Origin: a virus
Virus record (IMG/VR): IMGVR_UViG_3300045131_002929
Location: 1-64,000 of that record
Length of the DNA: 64,000 nt
Direction: 5' to 3' (one strand)
Shown here: piece after piece, positions 35,247-45,312 of the stretch
Layout of the letters: the number at the start of each line of letters is the position of its first letter
Position numbering within the stretch: position 1 is the stretch's first letter
The notes under the pieces: model-generated
The model's input: the letters and a program-made list of their open reading frames with translations, nothing else
The model's database searches: none
What the model was told of the DNA's origin: nothing
Position numbers and translations under genes: made by a program

Positions 35247-38200
35247 TGGCGCCCAAACTCAATTTCAAACCGCACGGCCGCGGCCTGCACCTGGACGCGG
35301 CCTCGAAGGCCCGGGCCACGCGCGTCGTCGAATCGGGCGGCGCGCTGATGTCGCCCGCGCTTTTCGGCGTGTACAAGCCGGCCGCAGTGCCCGCCTCTAA
35401 ATCCGCGTCGGGCGCCGAAGGCCAGTGGGCCGTGGACGAGAACTACTACTACTGGAACGCAGGCGGCCGCTGGCATAGGTCGGCGCTGGCCGCTTGGAGC
35501 CCGGAACTGTTCGGCTCGAGCAGCAGCAGCAGCAGCACAGGCGGCGAAAGCTTCTCGTCGGACAGCAGCTGGGGCACCTCCAGCAGCTCGAACAGCTCCA
35601 GCAGCTCGTCGCTTTCCGACTTGTCAAGCCTGAGCTCCAACTCCTCCAGCTCGTCGAACTCCTCCAGCTCGTCCAGCCAGTCGAGCTCCTCAAGCTCGTC
35701 CAGCAAGTCCAGCCAGTCGAGCTCCTCAAGCTCGTCCAGCCGCGGCGACGACTGCGAATGGATCCAGCGCTCGCCGCCTAAAGGCCCGCCGGCGCCGGGA
35801 CTCTGGTCGGCCTGCGCCATGAGCCGCGGCGGCAGGCTGCGCGCGGCGGCTGAGTATGGCGGCCGCATATGGACGTCCACGGACCACGGCGTGAGCTGGC
35901 AGGGCCGCGGATGGGCCAGCGGCGGCGCCATAGGCGACCTGCCCAAGGATCCGAACACGACGCCCTACGACATGGCGCGGCAATGGTGCCTGCTGACGGC
36001 GGCCGACGACGACAGCCGGCTGGTGGCCGCCGAGGACGGCGGCTTGATATGGGTCAGCACGGACTGCGGCATGCACTGGGCCGCGGGCACGGGCCTGGCG
36101 CCGCGCGAGTGGCGCGGGCTGGCGCTGCGCACCACGGACGGCGTGCGGCTGGCGGCCTTGGCCCTGGACGGCACGCTGGCCCTATCCTCGAACGGCGGGC
36201 AGTCGTGGACCGAATCGGCCGGACCCTGCGTCAACGCCTACGCGCTGGCCGCCGCGGCGGGCGCGACCGGGTCGAACGACATACTGGCCGTGGCCGGCTC
36301 GCCAGGCTACGTGCACATATCCCAGGACTCGGGCGCGACGTGGTCGGCCAGGGAGTCGCTGGACAAGCGCGACTGGCGCGGCCTTGCCATGGACGACGAC
36401 GGCCTTGTGCTGTACGCCTGCGCCGATAAGGAGCACTGCTGGAAATCGCTGAACGGCGGCGTGGCGTGGTCGAAGCTGGAGTCGCTGGGAAGCGGCGACT
36501 GGTCCGACGTGGCATGCGGGCCGGACGGCTCCTGCCTGATGCTGGGCGAGAACGCGGGCGCGCTGCGCGTCAGCTACGACTACGGCGGTAGCTGGCGGCG
36601 CATGGCGGCCGTGCAGCAGGACAACCTGAGCAGCTCCAGCGACGCCGTGAACGGCTGGACCGGCGTGGCCATGTCGGGCACCGGCTTCTACCTGATGGCC
36701 TGCGCGTACGGCGGCGGCGTCTGGACGTACGGATGCCTGAGCTCCACATCCTCGTCCTCCCAAGGCGACGCGTGCGCCTGGGTGGAGCGCTGGCAGCTGG
36801 GCACGCACCTTTGGCGCGCCGTGGCCTACTCGCCGCGCGGCGACCGCTGCGTGGCCGTCGGGCTCGGCGTCGGCGTGTGGCTGGGCGAGTTCCATGGCAC
36901 GCGCTGGAAGGTGTGGCCCGCCCCGCTGCAGCCCGGCCTGCCGCCCGCCTACGCCTCGCAGTCCGGCTCGCCGGAGAACCCCAACATGGACTACAGCAGC
37001 TCGAGCAGCTCGAGCAGCTCGCTGTCGTCGGAGCAGAGCAGGGCCACGAAGGGCTGGAACTGCTGCGCCATAAGCGCGGACGGATCGGTGGCCCTTATAG
37101 GCCAGGACGGCGGCAGCCTGCAGATTACGAAGACCTTCGGCGCCAGCTGGACCGTGGCCGCGGGGATAGCCCGCTGGTCGAGCTGCTCCATATCGGAGAA
37201 CGGCAACAAGATGATAGCCGGCACCAACGGCGGCCGCGTGTGGATCTCGCAGGACAAAGGCACCACATGGGTCGAGCAGACGCGCCTGCCTAGGACGCGC
37301 TGGCTGGCCGTGCTTATGGAGGGCGACGGCCGCAGGGCCTTCGCGGCCAGCAGCATCGGCATGATCTACGGCCTGGGCCTGCGCGACTGGTTCGAATCCA
37401 GCAGCTCCAGCTCCAGCTCGGGATCCGCCGACGACCCGGTGGTGACGCTCGCCGGCCTGCCGCCAGCCAAGACCAACAATAGAACGGCGGCCGTCACCGT
37501 GCTGAGCGGGCCCGACATAGGCCGCGGCCTGGTCACGCATTACGGCTATTCGGTGGACGGCGGCGAATATGAGTTCGAAGTGCCGCTGGCCGAGCCCCTG
37601 CTGCTGGCCAACCTTTCCGAAGGGCCGCACAAACTACGCGTGGTCGGCCGTTACCAGTACGACCTGCACGGCAATACGGGCGGGTATGAGGGGATCGACC
37701 ACCCGCTGGAGCATTCGTGGGCCGTGGACACCGTGCCGCCGCAGGCCGTCACCCTGACCGGGATCTCGCTCGCGCTGGCCAACAGCTCGACGGCCAACAT
37801 CACGGTGCACGCCGCCGCCGACGTGGTCGGCTACCTATGGCGGCTGGACGACGGCCCGTGGGTGGACGACGTGGTGCCGATCGGCGCGCCGCTGATCCAG
37901 CTGACGGGCCTTGCCGAGGGCCGCCATGTGGTGCACGTCAAAGGCGTGGACGCGGTCGGCAACTGGCAGGCGGCCCCCACCGTGACCGACAGCGCGGCCT
38001 GGACCGTGGACACGGTGCCGCCGGCCTACGTGGCCCTTACAGCGCCCGCCGCGCTCGTCACGAACTCGACAGTGGCCGCCTTCACCGTCAGCGGCGCGGT
38101 CGACGTGGTGGCGTACAAGTGGCGGCTGGACGCGGGCGCATGGGGCAACGAGGTGGCCATATCCAGCCCGGTCATAAGCCTAGCCGGCCTGGCCGAGGGC

Positions 38201-38974
38201 GTCCACCAGCTGTTCGCGCTGGGCCGCGACGCCGCCGGCAACTGGACGGCCGCGGAAGCCGCCAGCCAGCAGTGGACGGTCGACCTGACCCCGCCCGCGG
38301 CCACGGTGGCGGGCTACCCGGTCGGACCGGTCAACTACGCGTCCACCAACATAGCCGTGGGCGGCGCCGGCGTGGTGTCGTACCAATACAAAGTCAACGC
38401 GGCCGGCACGTATACGGCCGACATACCCGTAGGCACGCCGCTCGTGGCCACCGGACTGGCCAACGGCTTGAACAGGATCTACGTCCGCGGCAGGGACGCC
38501 GCCGGCAACTTGCAGCCCGCCGCGAGCGCCACGCAGACCGGCGAATGGACCGTGGACACCACGCCGCCGCCAGCCGTGACGCTGACGGGCGGCTTGACGG
38601 GCCTGACGACCGCGAAGGCCACCGTCTTCACAGTCGCCGCCGACGCTGACGTGGCCGCCTACAAATGGGAACTGTTCACGAACGGGACCGGCCACGGCCT
38701 GAGCCAGGCCATACCCATATACCTGACCGACTCCATCCACATACTCGACACGATATCGGAGGGCGAGCATTACATTAGGGTCATAGGCTATGACCTGGCG
38801 GGCAACCCGCAGCCGACGCCCACCATAAGCCAAACCTGGACGCTGGACACGACGGCGCCCGTGGCGCAGCTCAGCGGGGTGCCCGTAGGGGCCACATCGA
38901 CGCGCGGCGCCACCGTGACCGTAGGCGGATCAGGGGTCGTCAAATACAAATACGAGCTGGTGTACCATGTTTAG
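35246..38974 (+). CDS. Adhesin-like virion protein: poly-Ser linkers, BNR/Asp-box propellers, Ig-like repeats; ends in half an Ig domain
   Basis: S-x-D-x-G-x-x-W boxes; four full repeats ending W[AT][VL]D[TL]; terminates ...VGGSGVVKYKYELVYHV. Confidence 0.85.
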   Translation: MAPKLNFKPHGRGLHLDAASKARATRVVESGGALMSPALFGVYKPAAVPASKSASGAEGQWAVDENYYYWNAGGRWHRSALAAWSPELFGSSSSSSSTGGESFSSDSSWGTSSSSNSSSSSSLSDLSSLSSNSSSSSNSSSSSSQSSSSSSSSKSSQSSSSSSSSRGDDCEWIQRSPPKGPPAPGLWSACAMSRGGRLRAAAEYGGRIWTSTDHGVSWQGRGWASGGAIGDLPKDPNTTPYDMARQWCLLTAADDDSRLVAAEDGGLIWVSTDCGMHWAAGTGLAPREWRGLALRTTDGVRLAALALDGTLALSSNGGQSWTESAGPCVNAYALAAAAGATGSNDILAVAGSPGYVHISQDSGATWSARESLDKRDWRGLAMDDDGLVLYACADKEHCWKSLNGGVAWSKLESLGSGDWSDVACGPDGSCLMLGENAGALRVSYDYGGSWRRMAAVQQDNLSSSSDAVNGWTGVAMSGTGFYLMACAYGGGVWTYGCLSSTSSSSQGDACAWVERWQLGTHLWRAVAYSPRGDRCVAVGLGVGVWLGEFHGTRWKVWPAPLQPGLPPAYASQSGSPENPNMDYSSSSSSSSSLSSEQSRATKGWNCCAISADGSVALIGQDGGSLQITKTFGASWTVAAGIARWSSCSISENGNKMIAGTNGGRVWISQDKGTTWVEQTRLPRTRWLAVLMEGDGRRAFAASSIGMIYGLGLRDWFESSSSSSSSGSADDPVVTLAGLPPAKTNNRTAAVTVLSGPDIGRGLVTHYGYSVDGGEYEFEVPLAEPLLLANLSEGPHKLRVVGRYQYDLHGNTGGYEGIDHPLEHSWAVDTVPPQAVTLTGISLALANSSTANITVHAAADVVGYLWRLDDGPWVDDVVPIGAPLIQLTGLAEGRHVVHVKGVDAVGNWQAAPTVTDSAAWTVDTVPPAYVALTAPAALVTNSTVAAFTVSGAVDVVAYKWRLDAGAWGNEVAISSPVISLAGLAEGVHQLFALGRDAAGNWTAAEAASQQWTVDLTPPAATVAGYPVGPVNYASTNIAVGGAGVVSYQYKVNAAGTYTADIPVGTPLVATGLANGLNRIYVRGRDAAGNLQPAASATQTGEWTVDTTPPPAVTLTGGLTGLTTAKATVFTVAADADVAAYKWELFTNGTGHGLSQAIPIYLTDSIHILDTISEGEHYIRVIGYDLAGNPQPTPTISQTWTLDTTAPVAQLSGVPVGATSTRGATVTVGGSGVVKYKYELVYHV

Positions 38975-41891
38975 CGGCGAGATCGACGTCGGCGTGCCGA
39001 TCATCATACCCTCCGGCTCGCCGGACGGCTCGTACACCGTGCGCGTGGTCGGCTGCGACGCTGCCGGCAACTGGCAGCCGGTGGAGCTGGCCACCGAGCC
39101 GCCCGAGTGGACCGTCTACACCAAGTTCAACATGACCATGGCCACGCCGCTTGGCGTCGGCACGGCCAGCCCCGCCACGGCCCAGTCAGGCCCTGGCGAG
39201 GCGGTGGCCATAAGCGCCTTGGCCGGATCCGGCTACATATTCTCCCGGTGGGTCGCCACGGGACCGGCCACATTCGAGGACTACGAATCCGCCGTGACCA
39301 CGGTCACGCTGGCCGGCGACGCCTCCGTGCGCGCCGTGTTCGGCACGCTGGTCGTGAGCTACACGCTGAACTACTCGGCCCAGGCCCACGGGGCCGTAAC
39401 CGGCGAGGCCGTCCAGGTGGTAGTCCGGGGCGCGGGCGGATCTTCCGTCACGGCTGTGGCCGAAGCCGGCTATCATTTCAGCGGATGGAGCGACGGGGTC
39501 ATGTCTGCCACCCGCGTGGACTCCAACGTCATGGCCAGCATCGCCGTATCCGCGCACTTCGCGCTGGACGCCGCGCTGTACACCGTGATCTTCGCCGCGG
39601 GCGCGCACGGCTCGCTCTCGGGCGACCTGACTCAGTCGGTGGCTTACGGCGACAGCTGCACAAGGGTGTTCGCCCTGTCCGCGACAGGCTACCGATTTTC
39701 CAGATGGAGCGACGGCTCGACCTATTCGTACCTCACGTTGACCGGCGTGACGTGCGACATGACGCTGACCGCTTTCTTCGAGATAGAGACAGGATATAGG
39801 TACTTGAAGTACCAGGCGTCGACGGGCGGCAGCATAGCGGGCAACGCCGACCAGTCGATCCCCACCGACAGCACAGGCTCTCAAGTCACGGCCGTCGCTC
39901 TGGCCGGCTATCACTTCAAAATCTGGAGCGACGGGTCGGCGCGGGCCACCAGGACGGACACTGCCGGCTATGACAAGACGTTCACGGCCTATTTCGAAGT
40001 GAATTTCTTCACCGTGGCCTACGCGGCCACGGATGGCGGCTCCGTGACGGGAACCCTGATCCAGAAGATCAACGCCGGCAGCTTTGGGTCCGAAGTCGTG
40101 GCCACGCCCGACGAAGGGCACCATTTCACCTACTGGAGCGACGGGCTGGCCACGGCCGCACGGACGGAGTACGACGTCACCTACAACATGACGCTGACCG
40201 CCAACTTCCTGCCCGACGCCAGCAACGTCACGCTGGCCTACTCCGCGGGCCTGCACGGCGCGATCGAAGGCGTGGCCACGCAATCCGTGCCCGTTGGCGG
40301 CTCGGGCTCGCAGGTAACGGCGGTTCCGGACGCGGGCTACAGATTCGCCTACTGGGACGACGGCGTGGGCACGGCCGCGCGCACCGACTCGAACGTCATG
40401 TTCGGCAAGGCCCCCACCGCCTACTTCGAACGTTTGAAATACACCCTGGAGTATACGGCGGAATACGGCGGCGAGATCCAAGGGACCACTCTGCAGACCG
40501 TGTCCCCGGGCGGCGACGGCACTTACGTGGCGGCCGGGGCCCATACTGGATACCGTTTCATCAAGTGGTCGGACGGCCTGGCCACAGCGGGCCGCGTAGA
40601 CTGGAACGTGACTTGCAGCTTATCCGTGTCCGCTTTCTTCGATATCATCAAAAGCGCATACGTGCTGACCTACACGGCCGGAATGGGCGGCTCGATATCA
40701 GGCTCGAAGACGCAGCTAGTCGCCAGCGGGGGCACTGGATCCTCTGTGACCGCCATGCCCGCCGCGGGCCATCATTTCGTGATGTGGAGCGACGGGCTGG
40801 CCACAGCCGCCCGGACGGACTCCTTAGTGTACTGCGACAAGGCGCTCACGGCCTACTTCGCCGCCGACTCGGCGGCTTATCTGCTTGCATACGCCACGGA
40901 CGGCAACGGGACGCTGGCGGGCGCCGCGGTCCAGTCCGTAGCGTCCGGCGGCTCCGGCACCGAAGTCGTGGCCGTGGCGAACACGGGATACCACTTCAGC
41001 GGTTGGAGCGACGGGTACGCGCGGGGGGCCCGCACCGACCTGAACGTCAAAATGGATATAACGGCCACGGCCATGTTCGCGCTGGGCGGCCAGAACTGCG
41101 TGGTGACATATTCCGCCGGGCCATGCGGCTCGGTTACCGGAATACTCACCCAGTCGGTGGCCCAGGGCGGCGCGTGCACGGCCGTGACGGCCGTGCCGGA
41201 CTCCGGCTACCACTTCGTGACGTGGAGCGACGGGTCGACGTCGGCCACCAGGACCGACCTAGGCGTGGCCTGCGACCGAACGTACATGGCCGTGTTCGAC
41301 CCGAGCGTGTACACGGCCGACTATAGGGCAGGGCCGAACGGGTCTATCAGTGGATCAGCGCACCAGTTGATATCGCACGGTCACAATGCCAGCTCAGTGA
41401 CGGGCGTGCCTTCAGGTTATTATAGAAAGTCCCACTGGAGCGACGGATACCCGTTGACGGCGAACATGGGCGTGCGCGTAGACCAAGCCGTGGACCACAA
41501 CATAGACGCCGCGATCTACTTCTATCTGCCAACTTACAGCGTCTCAGTCTCCGCGGGGGCAGGCGGCACGGCCACCCCTGACACCGTGGGCGGCGCCATC
41601 GCCATGGCGGGCGAAACCGTGGTCGCGCTGCGCGCCGAGCCCGCCGTCGGATACGTGTTCAGCAAGTGGACGGTGCTGCGCGGCAGCGCGCCCGCTGCCC
41701 CTACGGCTGCGGACACTACGGTCACGGTGGGCGCCGACACCTCGATAAGGGCCGACTTCGCCGTCCTCGTGCCGAGCGCCGCCTTCGTAAGCGGTGTTCC
41801 GACCGGAACCACGAACGTGCAAGGCGGCACAGTCGTCGTCGGTGGGTCGAACGTGGTATCGTATAAGTATGAAATAGTCAAAGTCAGTTAG
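38967..41891 (+). CDS. InlB-B/Flg_new-type repeat protein flanked by two half Ig domains
   Basis: Ten ~73-aa repeats with G[YH]xxxxW[SD]DG plus two divergent ones. Confidence 0.85.
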   Translation: MFSGEIDVGVPIIIPSGSPDGSYTVRVVGCDAAGNWQPVELATEPPEWTVYTKFNMTMATPLGVGTASPATAQSGPGEAVAISALAGSGYIFSRWVATGPATFEDYESAVTTVTLAGDASVRAVFGTLVVSYTLNYSAQAHGAVTGEAVQVVVRGAGGSSVTAVAEAGYHFSGWSDGVMSATRVDSNVMASIAVSAHFALDAALYTVIFAAGAHGSLSGDLTQSVAYGDSCTRVFALSATGYRFSRWSDGSTYSYLTLTGVTCDMTLTAFFEIETGYRYLKYQASTGGSIAGNADQSIPTDSTGSQVTAVALAGYHFKIWSDGSARATRTDTAGYDKTFTAYFEVNFFTVAYAATDGGSVTGTLIQKINAGSFGSEVVATPDEGHHFTYWSDGLATAARTEYDVTYNMTLTANFLPDASNVTLAYSAGLHGAIEGVATQSVPVGGSGSQVTAVPDAGYRFAYWDDGVGTAARTDSNVMFGKAPTAYFERLKYTLEYTAEYGGEIQGTTLQTVSPGGDGTYVAAGAHTGYRFIKWSDGLATAGRVDWNVTCSLSVSAFFDIIKSAYVLTYTAGMGGSISGSKTQLVASGGTGSSVTAMPAAGHHFVMWSDGLATAARTDSLVYCDKALTAYFAADSAAYLLAYATDGNGTLAGAAVQSVASGGSGTEVVAVANTGYHFSGWSDGYARGARTDLNVKMDITATAMFALGGQNCVVTYSAGPCGSVTGILTQSVAQGGACTAVTAVPDSGYHFVTWSDGSTSATRTDLGVACDRTYMAVFDPSVYTADYRAGPNGSISGSAHQLISHGHNASSVTGVPSGYYRKSHWSDGYPLTANMGVRVDQAVDHNIDAAIYFYLPTYSVSVSAGAGGTATPDTVGGAIAMAGETVVALRAEPAVGYVFSKWTVLRGSAPAAPTAADTTVTVGADTSIRADFAVLVPSAAFVSGVPTGTTNVQGGTVVVGGSNVVSYKYEIVKVS

Positions 41892-41899
41892 GAGCGGCC

Positions 41900-44800
41900 A
41901 TGGCCTGGAGCGACGAAATACCTGTCGGGACGCCGATAACCATCCCCTTGGACCTGGTGGACGGAGTGTACCGCATCCTGGTGATAGGTAAGGCCCCCGC
42001 GGGCAACTGGCAGGCCACCGCGCTGACCAGTTCCAACTGGACGCTGGACACGACGGCGCCCACGGCTGTGATCGGGTCGCCGCCGGCCAGTCTCACAAAC
42101 CTCACCTCTTTCTCGATCGCTATAACGGGCGCAGGGGTAACCCAGTACAAATACGCATTGAACGGCGGCGCGTACAGCCAGCCCAGTAGCATAAGCTCGC
42201 GCATCGCCCTAAGCGGGCTCGCCGATGGAGCTTACTCGCTGGACGTGGTCGGGCGCGACGCGGTCGGCAACTGGCAGACGACGCCCACGACCTACAGTTG
42301 GGTAGTGGACACCACGGCCGCCGTGGCCGTGCTCTCCAATACCCCGCAGCCCGTGACCCAAGAAACTTCGGCGACTATCTCCGTGGACGGAACCGACGTG
42401 GTGGCCTATATGTATAAGCTGAATGGCGGAGCATGGTCCGCCTCCACCCCGGTGGCCACGCCTATAGCTCTGGCTAACCTTACTGAGGGGACCTATTCGC
42501 TATCCGTCAAAAGCGTGGACGCGGCCGGCAACTGGCAGGTGGCGCCCACGACCTACAGTTGGGTAGTGGACACCACGGCCCCCATCGCGGTGCTGTCCAA
42601 CGCTCCACAGCCCGTGACCGCGGCGACTTCGGCGACTATATACGTGGGCGACGACGTGGTGGCCTATATGTATAAGCTGAATGGCGGAGCATGGTCCACT
42701 TCCACCCCGGTGGCCACGCCTATAACCCTGTCGAACCTTACTGAGGGGGCTTACACGCTGGACGTGGTCGGGCGCGACGCGGCCGGCAACTGGCAGGTGG
42801 CGCCCACGACCTACAGTTGGGTAGTGGACACCACGGCCCCCATCGCGGTGCTGTCCGGAGTTCCGCAGCCGCTATTCCTAACGATTGATGTTAGTCATGC
42901 GCATATATACGTGGGCGGAACCGACGTGGTGGCCTATATGTATAAGCTGAATGGCGGAGCATGGTCCACTTCCACCCCGGTGGCCACGCCTATAGGCGTG
43001 GACCTTTACCACGGAGCTTACTCTCTGGAAGTGGTCGGCTGCGACGCGGTCGGCAACTGGCAGACGACGCCCACGACCTACAGTTGGGTAGTGGACAAGC
43101 CGCTGTTTGCTGTGCTGTCCGGCGCTCCGGAGGAACATACCAAAGAGACTTCGGCGACTATATACGTGGGCGGCGACGACGTGGTGGCCTATATGTATAG
43201 GCTGAATGCCGGGTTATGGTCCGCCTCCACCCCGGTGGCCACGCCTATAACCCTGTCGAACCTTACTGAGGGGGCTTACACGCTGGACGTCAAAGGCTTG
43301 AATCCGGAGAGCAGCTTGCCGACGTGGAACCGCCTGCACTACTGGGTGGTGGACACGACGGCGCCCACGGCTGTGATCTGGTCGCCGCCGGCCAGTCTCA
43401 CAAACCTCACCTCTTTCTCGATCAATATAACGGGCGCAGGGGTAACCCAGTACAAATACGCGTTGAACGGCGGCGCGTACAGCCAGCCCATTAGCATAAG
43501 CTCGCACATCGCCCTAAGCGGGCTCGCCGATGGAGCTTACTCTCTGGAAGTGGTCGGCTGCGACGCGGCCGGCAACTGGCAGACGACGCCCACCACGGCC
43601 AGCTGGACGGTCGACGCCACGGCCCCCATCGCGGTGCTGTCCAACGCTCCACAGCCCGTGACCGCGGCGACTTCGGCGACTATCTCCGTGGGCGGAACCG
43701 ACGTGGTGGGATATGCGTATAGGCTGAATGGCGGAGCATGGTCCAATTACGTCCCGGTGGCCACGCCTATAACCCTGTCGAACCTTGCTAAGGGGGCTTA
43801 CTCGCTGTACGTGGCCGGCCACGACGCGGCCGGCAACTGGCAGGTGGCGCCCACGACCTACAGTTGGGTAGTGGACGAGGCGCTCACGGCCGTGCTCGGC
43901 GGCAGCGTGCCGAGCGGGGTCTACACCCAGTATGTCCAAGGGATAAGCGTGGGCGGCTACGGCGTGACTCACTATAAATATTCGCTCAACGGCGGGGCCT
44001 ACACCGACGAGGCGCCTATAAGCGCGGCTATAGATCTGCCTATGTTGCCGGACGGCGAATACACGCTGGACGTCATAGGCAGGGGGCTGGCGGGGAACTG
44101 GCTGGGCACCCCCACCCACGCCGCCTGGTCTTTACTGATACCGCCGCCTGTGGCTACGGTAAGCGGCATCCTCAACCCTTCTCTCAGCACTGTAAACGCC
44201 TCCATAGGCGGAGCAAGGGTGGCCGCGTTTAACTACAAGCTAGACCAGATGACTACTATAGGTCCCGTCGTCGCAAGCGGGTACGGGCTCAGTCTGAACA
44301 TCGAGCCCAACGGGCCGCATCAGTTGTCTGTGTGGGGAATCGACCTCGCAGGCCGGGTGCAGACTACGCCTACGGTTGTAGAGTGGACCGTGGACTCCGC
44401 CCAGCCTGTATTCAACCTAGTCTATGACGCCGGCGGCGCGAACGGCACCGTTCCGTTCGATAACAAATGGTATTTTATGAACAGCAAGGTGTATCTAGCT
44501 AGCGCGTCCACTTTGAACTACCCCTCTAAAAAGTTCAACAGCTGGTTTATGTCCGACTACGGCTCTAGGAATCCCGGTGAATACATAATGACGCCTACCG
44601 CAGCGCCCCAAGGCGGGCATATTATTTTCTGCCAAGCCCAGTGGACCATTTTTAATTGGTATGCCGCTAATTCCAGTATTCTGTATATCACCGGTGTTGT
44701 CAATAACGTGCCCCAGAGCGGAACCGTCACAATACCCTATTCCTTAGGGCACCAAGCTGTAACTGTAATTGGCAACAATTGTTTTAAAGATATGTCGGCC

Positions 44801-45298
44801 ATATCCAGTGTGGTTTTGAACTGCACCTCGCTTAGCGAAATACAAAGCCAGGCGTTCGCCGGCTGCAGCGGAATGACTTCCATAACCACGCCTAACTCCC
44901 TGACCCGCTTAGGCGTTAGCGCGTTCGAAGGGTGCTCCAGCCTGACGGCCTTTACGATCCCTGTCGACTTGACCGTTATTCAAAACCGCGCCTTCTACGG
45001 CTGCTCCAGTATATCTTCAATCAATATAGGCGCCACGAATGTTAGCTTGGTAGGCGAGGCCGCCTTCCAAGGCTGCGCCAGCTTGAGCGACTTGTCTTTC
45101 GGTACGACGCTGCAGGTTGTAGGCGCGAACGCTTTCACGGGCACTGGCATCACCCATGCACACTTCAAAGGCAACGCGCCGTCCATTCAATCCACATCCT
45201 ACCCGGCAGGCACCGTGCTGCATTATGTTCCAGGCAAGACCGGCTGGACTAATCCGATGGCAGGTTTCACGACCGTAGGCGACGAAACACCCTACTAG
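41900..45298 (+). CDS. Ig-like tandem-repeat protein with C-terminal BspA-type leucine-rich repeats
   Basis: About nine ~87-aa repeats; AFxGCxxL LRRs; AGGAG RBS; begins with half an Ig domain. Confidence 0.85.
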   Translation: MAWSDEIPVGTPITIPLDLVDGVYRILVIGKAPAGNWQATALTSSNWTLDTTAPTAVIGSPPASLTNLTSFSIAITGAGVTQYKYALNGGAYSQPSSISSRIALSGLADGAYSLDVVGRDAVGNWQTTPTTYSWVVDTTAAVAVLSNTPQPVTQETSATISVDGTDVVAYMYKLNGGAWSASTPVATPIALANLTEGTYSLSVKSVDAAGNWQVAPTTYSWVVDTTAPIAVLSNAPQPVTAATSATIYVGDDVVAYMYKLNGGAWSTSTPVATPITLSNLTEGAYTLDVVGRDAAGNWQVAPTTYSWVVDTTAPIAVLSGVPQPLFLTIDVSHAHIYVGGTDVVAYMYKLNGGAWSTSTPVATPIGVDLYHGAYSLEVVGCDAVGNWQTTPTTYSWVVDKPLFAVLSGAPEEHTKETSATIYVGGDDVVAYMYRLNAGLWSASTPVATPITLSNLTEGAYTLDVKGLNPESSLPTWNRLHYWVVDTTAPTAVIWSPPASLTNLTSFSINITGAGVTQYKYALNGGAYSQPISISSHIALSGLADGAYSLEVVGCDAAGNWQTTPTTASWTVDATAPIAVLSNAPQPVTAATSATISVGGTDVVGYAYRLNGGAWSNYVPVATPITLSNLAKGAYSLYVAGHDAAGNWQVAPTTYSWVVDEALTAVLGGSVPSGVYTQYVQGISVGGYGVTHYKYSLNGGAYTDEAPISAAIDLPMLPDGEYTLDVIGRGLAGNWLGTPTHAAWSLLIPPPVATVSGILNPSLSTVNASIGGARVAAFNYKLDQMTTIGPVVASGYGLSLNIEPNGPHQLSVWGIDLAGRVQTTPTVVEWTVDSAQPVFNLVYDAGGANGTVPFDNKWYFMNSKVYLASASTLNYPSKKFNSWFMSDYGSRNPGEYIMTPTAAPQGGHIIFCQAQWTIFNWYAANSSILYITGVVNNVPQSGTVTIPYSLGHQAVTVIGNNCFKDMSAISSVVLNCTSLSEIQSQAFAGCSGMTSITTPNSLTRLGVSAFEGCSSLTAFTIPVDLTVIQNRAFYGCSSISSINIGATNVSLVGEAAFQGCASLSDLSFGTTLQVVGANAFTGTGITHAHFKGNAPSIQSTSYPAGTVLHYVPGKTGWTNPMAGFTTVGDETPY
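42040..43880 (+). repeat. Near-identical ~260-bp tandem DNA repeats encoding Ig-like domains
   Basis: ggcaactggcag..gcccacgacctacagttgggtagtggac recurs repeatedly; the unit at about 42045 is nearly duplicated at about 43350. Confidence 0.9.
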
Positions 45299-45312
45299 GG
45301 GGGCAATGAAGC

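Noticed and set aside
38967-41900. Stop-codon reassignment or read-through joining the adhesin genes
   Set aside because: The downstream genes are in different frames (+1 and -1), and all three stop codons end tightly packed genes elsewhere.
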